Source: Balanoglossus misakiensis
Lineage: Eukaryota; Animalia; Hemichordata
Direction: 5' to 3'
Assembly: GCA_040954595.2 (NCBI GenBank)
Contig: CM082591.2
Span: 1,773,745 to 1,837,744, forward strand
Length of the DNA: 64,000 nucleotides
Position 1 is the stretch's first letter, and each line of letters starts with the position of its first letter. Below, piece by piece: positions 14,684 to 27,753 of the stretch. The translations under genes and the position numbers were made by a program. Under the pieces are notes generated by a model. The model did not search any database. It saw only the letters and a program-made list of their open reading frames with translations, and had not been told where the DNA came from.

Positions 14684-14749
14684 ATCATGGGTCTCATTCT
14701 GTCATGCTGCATCTACCGTGCAATCAAGAAGAACGACGAAGTTGTTTAG
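14684..14749 (+). CDS. Alternative (distal) last coding exon of the tetraspanin (IMGLILSCCIYRAIKKNDEVV*)
   Basis: Strong polypyrimidine tract plus CAG at 14681-14683; phase 0 matches the donor at 13721; peptide aligns with exon 14004-14072. Confidence 0.85.
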   Translation: MMGLILSCCIYRAIKKNDEVV

Positions 14750-16367
14750 ATGCCATACCTTCTGTGGCCTTCGAGTTGAGCCTCTTGCTCATAATACACG
14801 ACTTTAAAGGGGCAAAGTCCCTTTAAGGATGTAAAATTTAAAGTATTGTCATTTCTTCTAATTGTGGATTTTTGGTTTCTCCTTTGTAAGCATAATTAAA
14901 ATCTGTAATAAAATATAGGGGTCACCGCACTTGTTTTTGAAATAAGTTGATAATTCGCAAAAACTGCTGAGTAAGCATTTTTTCGCCAATGGTTTGTCTA
15001 TGGGCAAAACATTTAATGAAGTTTATCTCAGAAAAGAGCAAGGTGACTATACTATTTTGTTTGACCGTCGACGTCTAAAACAAATGTGAGCCATTTGCAA
15101 AGGAAATAATTTTTTTTGGGTGTAAATTGGAACATTACACCCCAACTTTATCATACAACAACTACCAACATTTGGATTTCAGATGTTCAGCACCTTTTCT
15201 TGTGTGGGTTAATTCCTAGTTTCACACAGAGTGTTTCTGACAGACCTTAGAGGATAATATAGTTTTCCGGATATTTTTGTGTACAGATTTCCACATATTT
15301 CTATTAGAAACTGACTTTATGTAGCCCGCTCTTCAGCCCAGCCGTATGTACTTGAACATGGTTGAAAACATTTTTACTAAATTTGTTTATATATTTTCAA
15401 AATAACTTGTTTGGGTAATAAACACATTTTATTGTGTCTATTAAATATATGACCTTGTTTATCAATAAAATACTACTGTTTACAATACTGAATGTTTTTT
15501 TTTTTTGCTTCAGTCACACTCTGAGAAATTTCTAAATATTCCACACAGCTTCGACTAGGCGTTGATGGCAGTGTCTCGGACACGTTTTTCGACATAAGAC
15601 AGCGCCATCGTTCGACCAGTCTTTGCCTTGCCTTTGTTTTTTCATAAGATGGTCATGCGGAACTTCGCATGCTTGGGTAAAGTTTTCGAAGATGTTTTCA
15701 AGAAATGGTGTGTGGTCACTGAAAATAACTTTTCTTAGCCAACAATAGAACAGAAGCATAAACAAATTTTAACAGATTTAGTCACATGATTATACAGCAA
15801 ATACAGACTACAGATCAAATATTTACATATGATTTGAAGGAAGACCACTGATAAAAAGAAAGTGAGAAGAATATTTCAAACTAAGAAAACGTGGGAGGGG
15901 TGAATCTAAAGGAAAATATTTTTTTCTGCCTGGCCTGGACGGTCTTATTTCAACCCGCCTTTCCAAACATCACTCGGTCATTGCCCTGCAAGCTTTGATT
16001 CCGAATGGAAACGTTCCCAACATACAAATATTTCACCCCGGGGACCCATTCACGGTTGTTTACCAGAAGAGCATTAATACACTTGTCAGAGAATCTAGGC
16101 CTGGCTTCTAAGTGAGTTAATTTGCCGAGCGAAAAACTGGGTTGGGGCTATGACCCTGGCTGGCGTCGATGGTTTGTGTCGTGAATTGTTTTTTTCAGTG
16201 CGTGGCAGGTTGTGACGTCAGTATTTGTGTTGCCAATGGGAATTCCCAACATTGCGACTGTTATGACGTGAAGCTTCCTTAGCTCGGTTGGCATACCGAC
16301 AGCTGCGAACACTGTTTTCGCAAAACTGCTCTTGCCGGGCAAGGAACAGCGAGGCCAACGTCCGACT

Positions 16368-16457
16368 AGTCTCGGTTACCCAGACCCTTTGCTTCTCTCG
16401 ATGCTCTCCAGAAAAGAGAGCACCGGAAGAAGCAAAGGGGTCTGGGTAACCGATACT
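16368..16457. mobile_element. Short palindromic MITE-like element
   Basis: AGTCTCGGTTACCCAGACCCTTTGCTTCT ... AGAAGCAAAGGGGTCTGGGTAACCGATACT form near-perfect ~29 bp inverted arms, with further internal pairing (GCTCTC/GAGAGC). Confidence 0.7.
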
Positions 16458-18155
16458 GACGCCCGACCTGTCCACACGCGCCATCTTGCTTACTGGAGAA
16501 AAGCAACGATTTCAAAATGTTTAAAACATGCAAAACAAATTCCGATCGTGCGTGATATACCGCAGCTTTTTTCCTGTGTAAGGTGAGGCACAGGACTTGT
16601 ACTTTCTGATAAGTGAACTCAGAGTAGAGACGGCTTATACAGAGCAGACAACAAGGCCATTGTGACTGGGTTGAAAGGGTTATTGCAAAAAGAACAGGTG
16701 ACCGGGTAATGAGTTTGGCCCACAGTACTTTGACTTGCGATAACCAGAGTTGCTCATTGGCATGTTCAAAACAGTTGCATTGAGATATATATCTCAGCTA
16801 TCGCTTATGGGTAGGTTTAGTCAAGAGTTCACGAGGCTCGAGTTGGCGAGGTTTTACCGTGTGGTCTGAGGACCATTGTCGTTGGCGGCGCTGCGATTTC
16901 TCGTCAATGGAGAATTCACTATGGCCTACGTGCTGAAGTTCAAGTCAGCGGTTGCAGTTCGATGTCCGCGCTTCAAGTTCAGAGAATGCCCCTGAGCTAG
17001 AGCCGACACTGTTACAGTTTTTGTACGTCTGGTGGTCAAGTTCTCTGGCAGCCTACTCTAGTTGAATCCGCGGTGTGCAAATGTCAGCGATATCACGCCC
17101 GACTCAAACAGTTGCAGAATGTAATATTCTGCATTCCAGGAATGGTTTCGGTGTTAGGCGGTAGAAGATATCTCTCCGGTCTGTAATGAGTATCATTTTC
17201 GCATCCCCTTCTCGTTCATCATTAAATTCATACATTGACCATTGTTTTGAGTTCAATATGTTGACCAGGGTATAAATTCGACGTTGTGAACGGTAATAGC
17301 CGCCATTTTCGAAGGTTTGACGACAGAAAGTGTACAGTTTTTGTTTGTCGGCACGTGTAGGTTCCCGCCAAGAAAAAATGGCGCCCGTTAATGCTAATTC
17401 TGATCTCGCCCCAACGTCAACGAGACGTCAGATGACGGCCAATTCTGAATTCGAAAGTGTCTTAGTTGTAGCATTCCACGTTTGTTGACAAAAATACGCT
17501 TGTGTGGAGTCAACAACAGACATAAACAGGAATGGCAAACACGCAACTTGTAGACTCTTTGAAAAGATGCATGCTGTTTACCTGACCCCAGAGTGACCCC
17601 GGTGGACAGGGAAAGAATTCTTGTCCAAGAAAGGCAGTAAACAACTTCTGACGTACCTGCACGGCTTCGCTTACACCACTGCGACCCAGTTCCCTCGACA
17701 CAGCCAACGAACGAACAATAGTCGCGCCTTTATTTACGTCATCCTGTTGTCGTCTGCTCGCTCTGTTTACTTCTGAGGTACTCTGTGCTGTCACCTGAGC
17801 CCATATCGACGACGACACTTTTTGTCTGTCTGCTCCATTGTACAACACGGCGTCGGTTCGGATAACAAGTGTCTTCAGGTTCGCTAACGACCTTCTGAGT
17901 GACCGTGAATTCACCAAAGTTCGGAGATGTGAATACGTTCAAAAACCTGCAATGAATACAGATATACATGCCTATGTAATTTATCGAATAATATACAAAT
18001 ATTGAGCAGTGCATGGGGTGCCAAAAACATAAAATAAATGAAAAAGTTACAAATATTGTAGAATTTGTCATTATTACACCAATATTAACGATTGCTAAAT
18101 GTTAAGAATACGGAGAAACAACGGCATTGACGATGATGGTGGAGATGATAGTGGA

Positions 18156-18209
<54 letters not shown>

Positions 18210-18227
18210 AATGATGATGATGATGAT
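18156..18227. repeat. (GAT)n microsatellite
   Basis: About 24 trinucleotide units with one interruption. Confidence 0.97.
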
Positions 18228-20974
18228 GGAAACGAAGCTTCGCCTTCACTTTATAACATTACTGATATATAATATATTGTTTTATTGAGTACAGTACGTG
18301 ACATGTGCGTAGTACACGTCTACATACAACAATAGAAAACCCCTGTGACCTAGCTAGGGAACCGTCTCAAGGTCATCTGAGAGCGACTGAGCTCAGAAGT
18401 ACACTAGTTCATTGGTTTTATCGTCGGTATATGCTTCCCTTGTTAACCCACAAACCCATCACCGTCGAGAGAAACTTTGTTTCATTCTAATCAATTGATT
18501 TAGACAAAGTAAATTTTATCCTCTCGGAGTCGATAATAAAACGCATGGTGGTTTGAACTAGAGGTTTGAACTTTTGAGACTTGTTTACTTCGGGCATTAC
18601 AAACACAAATTAACTACTTGATCCTGCATTGTGCTGGGACTTTATGATCAATTTGGACAGATTTATTAGCAACAGTCAAAGTGCCTTCGGATTTTGGAAT
18701 AAACGGTCGTGCAACACTCAAAGTGAGTTCATCGAAATGTCAGTGCTCGCTATAGGCGGTGTTTACTCGTGTAGTCAGTTTAAATGACATGTAAAGAACG
18801 TCTGATAAGTTGTACAAAACATGTTATTGGCTTTAAAACCACGCAATTTGTCAAGTACACAGATAAGAACTACATTATTTGTCTCGAGGGTTGAGACTGG
18901 TCACAGCTGGAGATAAAATTTAAATCAACAGGTGGTCGAAGCGGCCATTACAGAAATTTTGTCGTGCAACCCAATAATTGTTATCAATTTTAATTAACGA
19001 AGTCTAATTCAGTTATTATGGTTGTCTGACATGATGTGTCACAAGGGGATACACCTAGCGTACGCATCATTCATGTCTTGCCAGAAAGAAGTAACATCAA
19101 GAAGATATTCCTCGAAAATACAAATGTTTCATTGATAAAACTGTAACAACGGCTACATATTTAGTGTGATATAGTTTTTACATAAATAATGCGCATGCAC
19201 GACTTTTTTGTGGAATCTAGACACGACAGATCACATTCTTCTCTCATAAAGCCTCTGGATCTTAAAATCTGGAAACGTGCGTGTCAGCAGATCTGGGTCA
19301 TTCGCCAGTCAGATCGAGCAAAGCTGATGCAACGACCGTCCGCAAGACCTTCTGTTATTGGTGAGATTATCCGTTCAAATCACACCATACACTATCAGAT
19401 AACCGCAACCTGATATGACACCGAAACAGCCAGAAGCACGTCGGTCCTACCTAGCAGAAATGTCAATTTTTTAAGGTCGCAGCGGCAGTATCGCAAGAGA
19501 TTCAGCCCAGTTCCCCAGTAACTTTCTGCTGACCCCGGCTGGTTTAGATGGCGTGTACCATGTCCCGTTTCCGAGCATCGTAAACGAAATCATTAATCAC
19601 AGTCTGATGTGGAAACTGCCTGCAGAGTCTCGAAAATCTCAACCTGTCGTCGTCGATGTCAAGAACAGTCGACTTTCTACAAATTTCTTGACTGATTTGT
19701 CTCCCCAACCCGAAAACTTTCAAGCCCTTGTGGGACAAGTATTTGGAGTGTAGTCACAAGCTTTGGCTTAACTTAAGCCTAACTGTCATTTTCGCTTATC
19801 TTCGGCCAGTTAAAAAGTGCTAGCCGAAATTACTAGATAGTTAGTTGAAGATTCAGTGAAATATTTTGAAGAAACATTTATGCAGAGGTTCATAGAAATA
19901 TTACGATGACTACCCTACAGACAATACCAATAAAATAGATAAAAATCAAAGGTCTTAATAATTGACACATTTTACGTGTAGAAACTTGCTGACTCGGCAA
20001 TGTACTAAAAGGTCTATACTGTCTGGTCTTATTATAAACATGTGGAGATCAGCTGTTTATGGCGCCCAGCTGTTGGTAACTGGAGACGATTCTGTCAAAC
20101 AGACCCTGCTTCGCGCCATAAATCCATGGAATTGGAATATAAGTGGTGACACGATGGTGGTGGTGTGGTTTTTGCTGTCGTGCAAAACCCACCATCCGTG
20201 TGCACGTGAAAGACAAAAGATTGCCACGTGGCAAGCCCAGAACACTAACAGAGAGGCACGTGTTCATATTTGGCTACAATTTAAGGACTTTGTGCTTCAT
20301 TTTTGAAATTGCAACAATCTATATTTTTAGACGGCTTAGACTGTGATTTTTATTACCGTGAACCTTTTGGCTGCCACATTTCACACGCGATTATGAGTGC
20401 GGGATCCCCCTTTGACGTCATGCCACCCTGTCAGAAACTAAATTGATGGGCCATTCATATGTTCTCAACAAGCGTCTTGATGGCGACACATTTACAGTTG
20501 GAACTTGTTTTCGGATCCGTCCCGGATCTTATTTATAACTTCATGACGTGCCACTCATAGCGTTGAGTGACTTTCAAGACTTATTTTGTCCCCAAAAAGT
20601 ACCGACACAGCAAATTGCGCTGGAAACGTCGATTTATCGTGACAGATGCAAGGTTTCCGAAAGGTTATCTTGTTAATTAATTATATCAGCTGCACTTCAC
20701 GACCATCATCCCAGGTTAGAGTATACGATACACTGTTCATAATAAAGCTAAATAAATCTTAAACATCCGAGAGAGACTTGCCTTAGGTAAAATTTTTCTT
20801 TCCCTTCAAACAAAGTCAAAAATATTTGTGTGTTCCTTCGCAAATTTTTGAGTCGAGACAGTAGAGATATGTCAAGCTCACATTTCATAATGTATCTGGC
20901 TCACTATTTGGTAGTATTTGGTTAATAATCTGGACAAGTCTATCATGTTTAATGAAGTTAACTAAGTAGCATTG

Positions 20975-21243
20975 AATAGGCCACTTTCATGACCCCTACA
21001 CGACCTTACATCCTTATACTTCCGTTGGTACATGTGGTATCATGGAGTTGTCAAAATTCAACATTCGGGACAAGAAACGTGTAAAATGTTTCTTAGAAAA
21101 ATCCCTTTTTAATTAAGTACATAATGTCTTGACTCCATCTGCAATTATAAAGTTTTTATAGAGGATTTAGTCAACCTGATGGATTCATTCCAACGGAAGT
21201 ACGAGGATGTAAGGTCATATAGGGGTCATGAAAATTGTCTATT
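20975..21243. mobile_element. MITE-like element with ~54 bp terminal inverted repeats
   Basis: 20975-21028 (AATAGGCCACTTTCATGACCCCTACACGACCTTACATCCTTATACTTCCGTTGG) is the reverse complement, with a few mismatches, of 21190-21243; the core is AT-rich and non-coding. Confidence 0.75.
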
Positions 21244-24200
21244 GTTCAGTCATAAGACAAGCAAGGTAATCTATGACTGGTGGACGACACTGGACCAAGA
21301 AATGTCAGTGAAAGGCCGTTGCTTCCCCCAGGGACAATGCTCTGATATCACTCTGATATCACGCCCTTCAGGTCTGCATGTATCATTGATAGTGCACGCG
21401 GTCATCCACGCGTAATCCTGTTGTTAGAAACGTGATGGAGGATTAACAGCGAGGATTATACAGACAGCTCTTCCAAATGTCAAAAAAACGAGTCTTATTA
21501 CGTTCACCTTTCCAACTTATACTTCACTCTGCATAAGGAACTCGGGCAGGCGTGTATCGTGTACTGTAACGTGTTGGTGTAAACCTGTATTTAGCTACAT
21601 GCCCAAAGTTGCTTGTGTAATATTTTATTCTTTACAGATTTAAACGTGAAGCAAAAGTTATACCGCTAATCTTCCTCAAAGAATGAAAACGTGCCATTTA
21701 TCAATGTTTTGACCTAAGGTGAACTGGTTGTTTCATGACCCCACCGTCACTAGGTCCATTGTCTGCGTTTGTGGAAAATGCCCAAAACGCGTGCTTTAAT
21801 GAGCCCTCTTGTATCCCCTTATCTGTTTGTCTGAAGTGACCCATTTGTCAATCCTACGGTGTTGCACACCATCGCCATGCTCCAGCACGTGCGGCAGGGA
21901 TGTTGATCATACTTACAAATGACCATGTTTTCCTTTGTTGCAATCACATCATCAATTAATCATTCTTTATCAGTATAATAAATGATAAACATCACTAAGG
22001 TTGCAATTCATTCAGTACATTCAACGAGCAAGCACGTAGTGATAGGTCAGTCACTGACCAGAAAAGGGCAACGACCGACATGAAAGAACTTCCCGCCCGT
22101 TTGATTGAACGATTGAAATTCCCGCGCAATAATTTTGAATGATCGTTTGGAACTTTTGGAGAAACACTTACACGAAATAAATAGTTAAAGCACCTCTGTT
22201 TTGAAACCAAACTAAACATTTTTGGTCTTTTTGTGTGTTTGTGTTGTTACAAGCAAAGAAAACAACGAAGAAAACCTTGAAAATGGGTATTACTGTAGTG
22301 CATATCAGATCGCGTTTTTAAAAAACTGTGAGAAGTAATGTTTTGAATAAAGGTTGTGTAAATAACCAAAATGCTGCCTGCCATTTTGGATCGTACAACA
22401 ACAAAAATGTAGATTGAATGCACTTTATTTGTGAAATGTTTTAGTCATAGCTGGGTGACCCCATATTCACTAATATGGATCTTAATGATTCATTCATGAA
22501 ATGTCCTCGGCCTATTTTTCGGGTCAAGTGACCGACAAAGATTTACCCTGATCTGTTTTTTTAGACTTTCCCGCCATATTCCTCCGCCTTCAGAGACATT
22601 TGAAGGTTAGGACAAACGGTCTTCTGAGATTATTTCGGGTTCAAATGATACGGCAAGGCCTTGACCCTGTACTTGTTGTTGATTTTGGTAGTCAAAATGT
22701 TTGAATGACACGCTGTAGGACGTTAGCATCCGATTTGAGTTTCATGTGTTATTCAACGGAACCAGAATGTTCCTGATTTTGACAAAAAAACACGCTGTGA
22801 CTAATATTGCTTTAGGCATATGCGTGTCTTCAATATGCAAATTCGAAAAACTGGCAAACTAAAGGGGAGAGTCAATATCCTCTGCCCATGCGCGGGGTGA
22901 GAGCTAAATTTCACAATTTAGATTGTCACCTCGTCTCAAATAAAATTGATTGAACATATTGGTTCAAAAGTTCAGCAACTTCTCTCGTATTTTCCGCTTA
23001 TACATCGAAATCCTTACAAATATATACCAACTTAAGCAGATTTCTTAAAATCACCTTTAAAATCTTGAACCATCTAATCATAGTTTATCACAAGCAGGTC
23101 AGATGGGGAACATGAATATTCTCGACGAATACCCTTCAAAAGCAAGGTCAACGCGAAGCCTTTATCACTTGATTGGTGTCTTTCACGTTTCACTTCTGAG
23201 GTCAACTGGCGTCTCTTCGTTGAGAATGACCCACTTCTCACCACTGACCTCAAGAGTCAACTTCAGCGTCGTACACGTACGCGCCAGAGTCATGTAACAG
23301 TTAAAGCCATCATCTCTGATTCTCGGCTGATCTGTTAGTTTTCTTGCGAAGAATAATCGTCTGCAGAAATATTTGTCAACTGGCACACATTTTTGACGTG
23401 TCTGGTTTAATTGATAAAGATTCGATATACCAACATCATAATAATATAGGCTTAAATTAGTATCTAAAACAGTCTAATTTGAATACAAGTTATTTGTAAC
23501 TTTGTAATTAATTGTTATCAGTTAATTGTTACCATTTTATTTTAACGGTCACAAGCGACCATAGAGGGAAAACTTGTTTGTTAGTTAACTGCCGATAAAT
23601 GTCATGTCATTTTAAAGGTCATCTTGTGGATTCCAGCACTTCTGCTATTTGAATAATTTTGACTTGTGGCGAAAATCTGTGTAACTTGTGGAGTGACAGA
23701 CACCGAAGCAACGCTTGAAGCCACGTCATTTCCGATTACAAGGAATCTGACATCTACGGTGGTCCAATTTAGATTCCGCCTACACGCTACCCAGGTGGAA
23801 TTTTCTGCATGGTCTAATACGCCTGTTGCCATTGCTATTTCAGTCAGGTTTAGAACAAGAATTTCGCAAGATTAATATATTTACTTGCATCTTAGAGGAG
23901 AAAAACACCGAAAAGATGGGCATTACAAATAAAAACGATATCCGAATTTAATTTAATGGAAATTGTATTTTAAAAAACTTAATCGAGGAAACTTGAGCTG
24001 AACTTGAACTGGCCCATAGACTATTCTGCAAGCGTGACTGTACTGAACAACATGCATCCATCAAACTTTGTCAATCCAAACTTGACTTGGCCACGAACCC
24101 ATCAGTAAATGAATGAAGGCAGACTACATTTAATGGTCTGGCCTAGACTGACGAATGGGTCTGATGTCAGAGCGGTGACCTGGCAGACTCCTGCACGTCA

Positions 24201-26261
24201 ATTATCAGTCTGGGTAATCCTGACACAGTTGTGTCATGAAGCCGAACGCAAATCATCTAAACTTAGAATATTTGTTCGCAAAACTTTCACATCTTTATGT
24301 CGCACCAATTATTGCTTCACGTATATGGTAAGTAATGAAATTAAAAATCAATGGTCGACTGGCGGCCAACACTGGATCAGATTGCAAAGCTAATCATATT
24401 TTCTCGTATTATGGAATACACCAACGGACACTTTTCAGAGAAATATTCATGCAATTGGAAATATGGACCTCAGCCAGTCCACGTCCCTCGTATCCCAACG
24501 TGTTCTGTCAAATTTGATAGATCGACCTGTTTTTGAATCATTGTCATAATCTAATCTCGTTCTACCACAATACCTCTTCAAGTAATTGAGATAACTTAAT
24601 AGCTTTTTCTGTCGAAGTCCACCTAAGTCTTTGATTGTATACGTGCGACTTTCTGGCTATGACTTTGTCTTATTGTATTGTGCCGAAATAAATAACATGA
24701 AAATAATCCCCAAAATCCAAAAGGTTAAATTAAAGTGCTCGAATGACGTCATAGGCAGTGTAGCTATTCTATGCAAATTAGGAAGGTCGAGCTTGTCATT
24801 GGACAAGTGATTGATGACCCCGCATCAGCGCCATACAGTACAAACATTAAACTGGCCACCAAGACCAGAGACACGCGTTTATTAAATTTGGGTGCCATCC
24901 ATTGTCTGGAGTGGGAACATACATTACTTGGCCAAACTTTTGTTTATCTCTTTTCGGTTTTATGTGGAGTCTCAGACGAAATTTACGACGTTCCCCAAAA
25001 GTGCAATTTGAACCACCAAGATGTTGAACGTATTAACTTTTTTCCCCGGCTAACTTATCCACGTTTTCTGTGCCAAAGTTCGTCGAAATGTGGAAAATTT
25101 ACAGGTAACACGTTTCCCGTCGTCTGAATTCCAAATGAAAGTCAGCAATTGTGAAAACTTGGCTTGTTCGATTTTTACTATACTAGGGAGAACCTCGCAT
25201 TCAAAAGAGACTCATCTACCATGTGGACATGATGAAAAGTAAAGGGAGTGGTCAAGTGTTTATGGGTGAATGACATCAAATGATGGGTGCAGCTTCTGCA
25301 GTATTGCGAAACCCTTTTCTAACCGTGACAACTGTGTGATACGGCATTCATGGTTGCCTGTAAATGTATAAGTCGATTTCCTGAAGGCCTGGACAAAAAT
25401 TAAAAGACATTACATCACTCGTCACAATAAAACATCTGGTGATTCGAAACCTTGGAACATGACTAATCTCGGGGAAGGAATGTGTATCACTTTATCTGAA
25501 TCATATATTGGTGAAATGTATTTATTTTGTCCTCAGATGACCTCCCACCCAAACATGTGGGCAAAAGCCCTTACCAGTGTGACCACGATATGACAGTAAT
25601 TACTTTCTTCGTAGTTTGACGACCAGGCAATGTGACTGTATATGCAAATTCAACAGGTGTCCTCCTTTACATAAACTTTTGATAAACTAAATAAAACTAT
25701 GCGTTCATTTCTGTCAGTTGGCCTACATGGCTACCGAGGCCATAAGAGAAAACTTCAAAGTTATTATTTTGTTGGATAAAGCGAATGATGGATCTGTGTT
25801 GTTTTGGGAGGAAATATTAAGCCTTGATCCACGGCTGTGCTTTGGAATCTTGCCGAATGTTTACAGGAAGTCTGAGATAGAACATGCGTTTCCATTCCAC
25901 CGGGAAATCGACTTGAGTGGAAATTTCCTATGACGTGGAAATTCCTTACTGAAAGATATCAGCAAAGTGCAAGTAGGTAAATCCTTCAAAAACATCACAT
26001 GTTTACAAGAACCAGGAGTGACATAGTAGACGAGATTTGATTTCGCGAAGAATGTAGTCCGGGCTTAGGGCACTTTTCTTAATACATGTTTTGTTCCACA
26101 TCTCCGTGGCCGGGTCGGCGCTGGAATTTGCAGATCGCCTCACCCAAAATTTTGCAGAAATGGTGTGTCAGATCGGGCCACGGTCGTGACTCGATATACA
26201 CGTACCAATACCAAGCGGATAGCTCATATTGGCCAACGGGCTTAACACAAATGCGCCTATT

Positions 26262-26545
26262 CTGTACTGTACTGTTGTGTACTGTACTGTACTGTACTGT
26301 ACTGTTGTGTACTGTACTGTTGTGTACTGTACTGTACTGTACTATACTGTACTGTACTGTACTGTACTGTACTGTACTGTACTGTACTGTACTGTACTGT
26401 ACTGTACTGTACTGTACTGTGCTGTGCTGTGCTGTACTGTACTGTACTGTACTGTACTGTACTGTACTGTACTGTACTGTACTGTAATGAACTGTACTGT
26501 GATGTACTATACTATACTGTATTGCCTACTGTACTGTACTGTACT
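26262..26545. repeat. (TACTG)n pentanucleotide tandem repeat
   Basis: About 280 bp of CTGTA units with variants; it explains the spurious CTVLY-repeat ORFs. Confidence 0.97.
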
Positions 26546-26750
26546 TGGACGAGAACAACCACTAACTCACCCCTTAGGCCCACCTTTGTAAACTGTGCGA
26601 AGCTTCCTCGTTTGAAAATCGCAAACGATGAACCTGTCCTATTGTTTGAACAGCTTAACCCGATCCATTAGCCGAAGATGGCGGTCCCTGATTACTTTTG
26701 ACATACTTTACCAGGTCAAATGAACTTTGTTCAATCGCTTCGAAAAATAC

Positions 26751-26784
26751 ATGTCTGAAGAGTCCATGTTTTCTAGGATCGTAG
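26751..26784 (+). CDS. Candidate alternative first coding exon of the deiodinase-like gene (MSEESMFSRIV-G)
   Basis: ATG at 26751, then 34 nt to a TAG|GTAAAC donor in phase 1, the same phase as the acceptor at 30092. A YY1-type AAGATGGCGG motif lies at 26675. Confidence 0.4.
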
Positions 26785-27663
26785 GTAAACAGAGAGGTTA
26801 TTTTTCATTTTCCGTCCAGGATATTTAGAATATGCTACAAATGACGCTGTCGTCTCCGCCCTATATTCTGCAGTTCGAGCAAGGGCCTTGAATATCATGC
26901 TGTATGCTTTGCATACGTGCGCCCCTTCACGCCAACTCATTTGCATTTTTGGCTTGCGTAAAAATGACCACCGTTGTTTACTTCGTTACAAGACTGCGGT
27001 ATGCAAACGGAGATGGTTGACATTAGACTTTTGGTGAGAAAATAACAGATGTCGTAAACATGTATATGTGGTAAACAGTGTCTTTTTAGTCTCAAGATGC
27101 CTCAAAACAGCCTGCTAAAAGTAGTCCTCACACTCGGTGCACTGAACACATTCTTACGCGTGCGCGCACGTTGGCCAACCACCAGACAGTACTTTTTACC
27201 CCTGCCAAAGAAAATTTGGTTTTCATTCACAATCTTCATCGTTTACAGCCGGTGAACAAAATATGTTTACCTTCCAACTGTGTCATGTACATAATTGTTG
27301 TCGTGTCATGGCCAAAGGATGGGTATTTTCACCAACACCGGCAGAGTTCTTGACAACGCCATATCCCCTAGCTTGGTGAGAATAAATAATCTTCAAGGAA
27401 ACGGTCATTATCGTTCTGATTTTTTGTTATCTTCAGATAAAACAAATCTTAGTTATCAAAAGAATTTGATTTTTAGACCAAATAGTTTTGTAGCGTGAAA
27501 TATTTTCAGATGGTCTCTTGTAGTTCGGAGATTTCGTCAGCCATCTTTTTTCACGTGAGGTCATTCACACAACTGGGTCGATTCCCGGCCTACTTTGTGG
27601 CGTGACCTACATTACCTGCGCGTGTCCCCGGATGCTCGCGTTGCGGGCGTAGCATGAATGGGG

Positions 27664-27670
27664 TATAAAA
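27664..27670 (+). promoter_or_regulatory. TATA box of the deiodinase-like gene
   Basis: GGGTATAAAAG in a GC-rich context 90 nt upstream of ATG 27754; E-box CACGTG abutting AGGTCA at 27552-27563. Confidence 0.6.
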
Positions 27671-27753
27671 GAACGTGCTCAGCTGGTAGCCGGTAGTTCG
27701 AACAGCTGATTCCGTCAAGAAACTCAGAGAGAAGAAACTTCCGAAATTTACTG

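Noticed and set aside
14803-15060. TTAAAGG-initiated Kolobok-like insertion in the tetraspanin 3' UTR
   Set aside because: Could not identify the matching opposite terminus or TSD with confidence.
16700-17310. Degenerate minus-strand reading frame starting MAAITVHNVEFIPW
   Set aside because: Stop density close to random and no recognisable domain.
17510-17917. 135-aa minus ORF; plus-strand SKKGSKQLLTYLHGFAYT resembling a FLYWCH/MULE segment
   Set aside because: Resemblance too short, and the zinc-binding residues and transposase are not seen.
26086-26671. ORFs with CTVLY repeats
   Set aside because: Translation of the (TACTG)n microsatellite.
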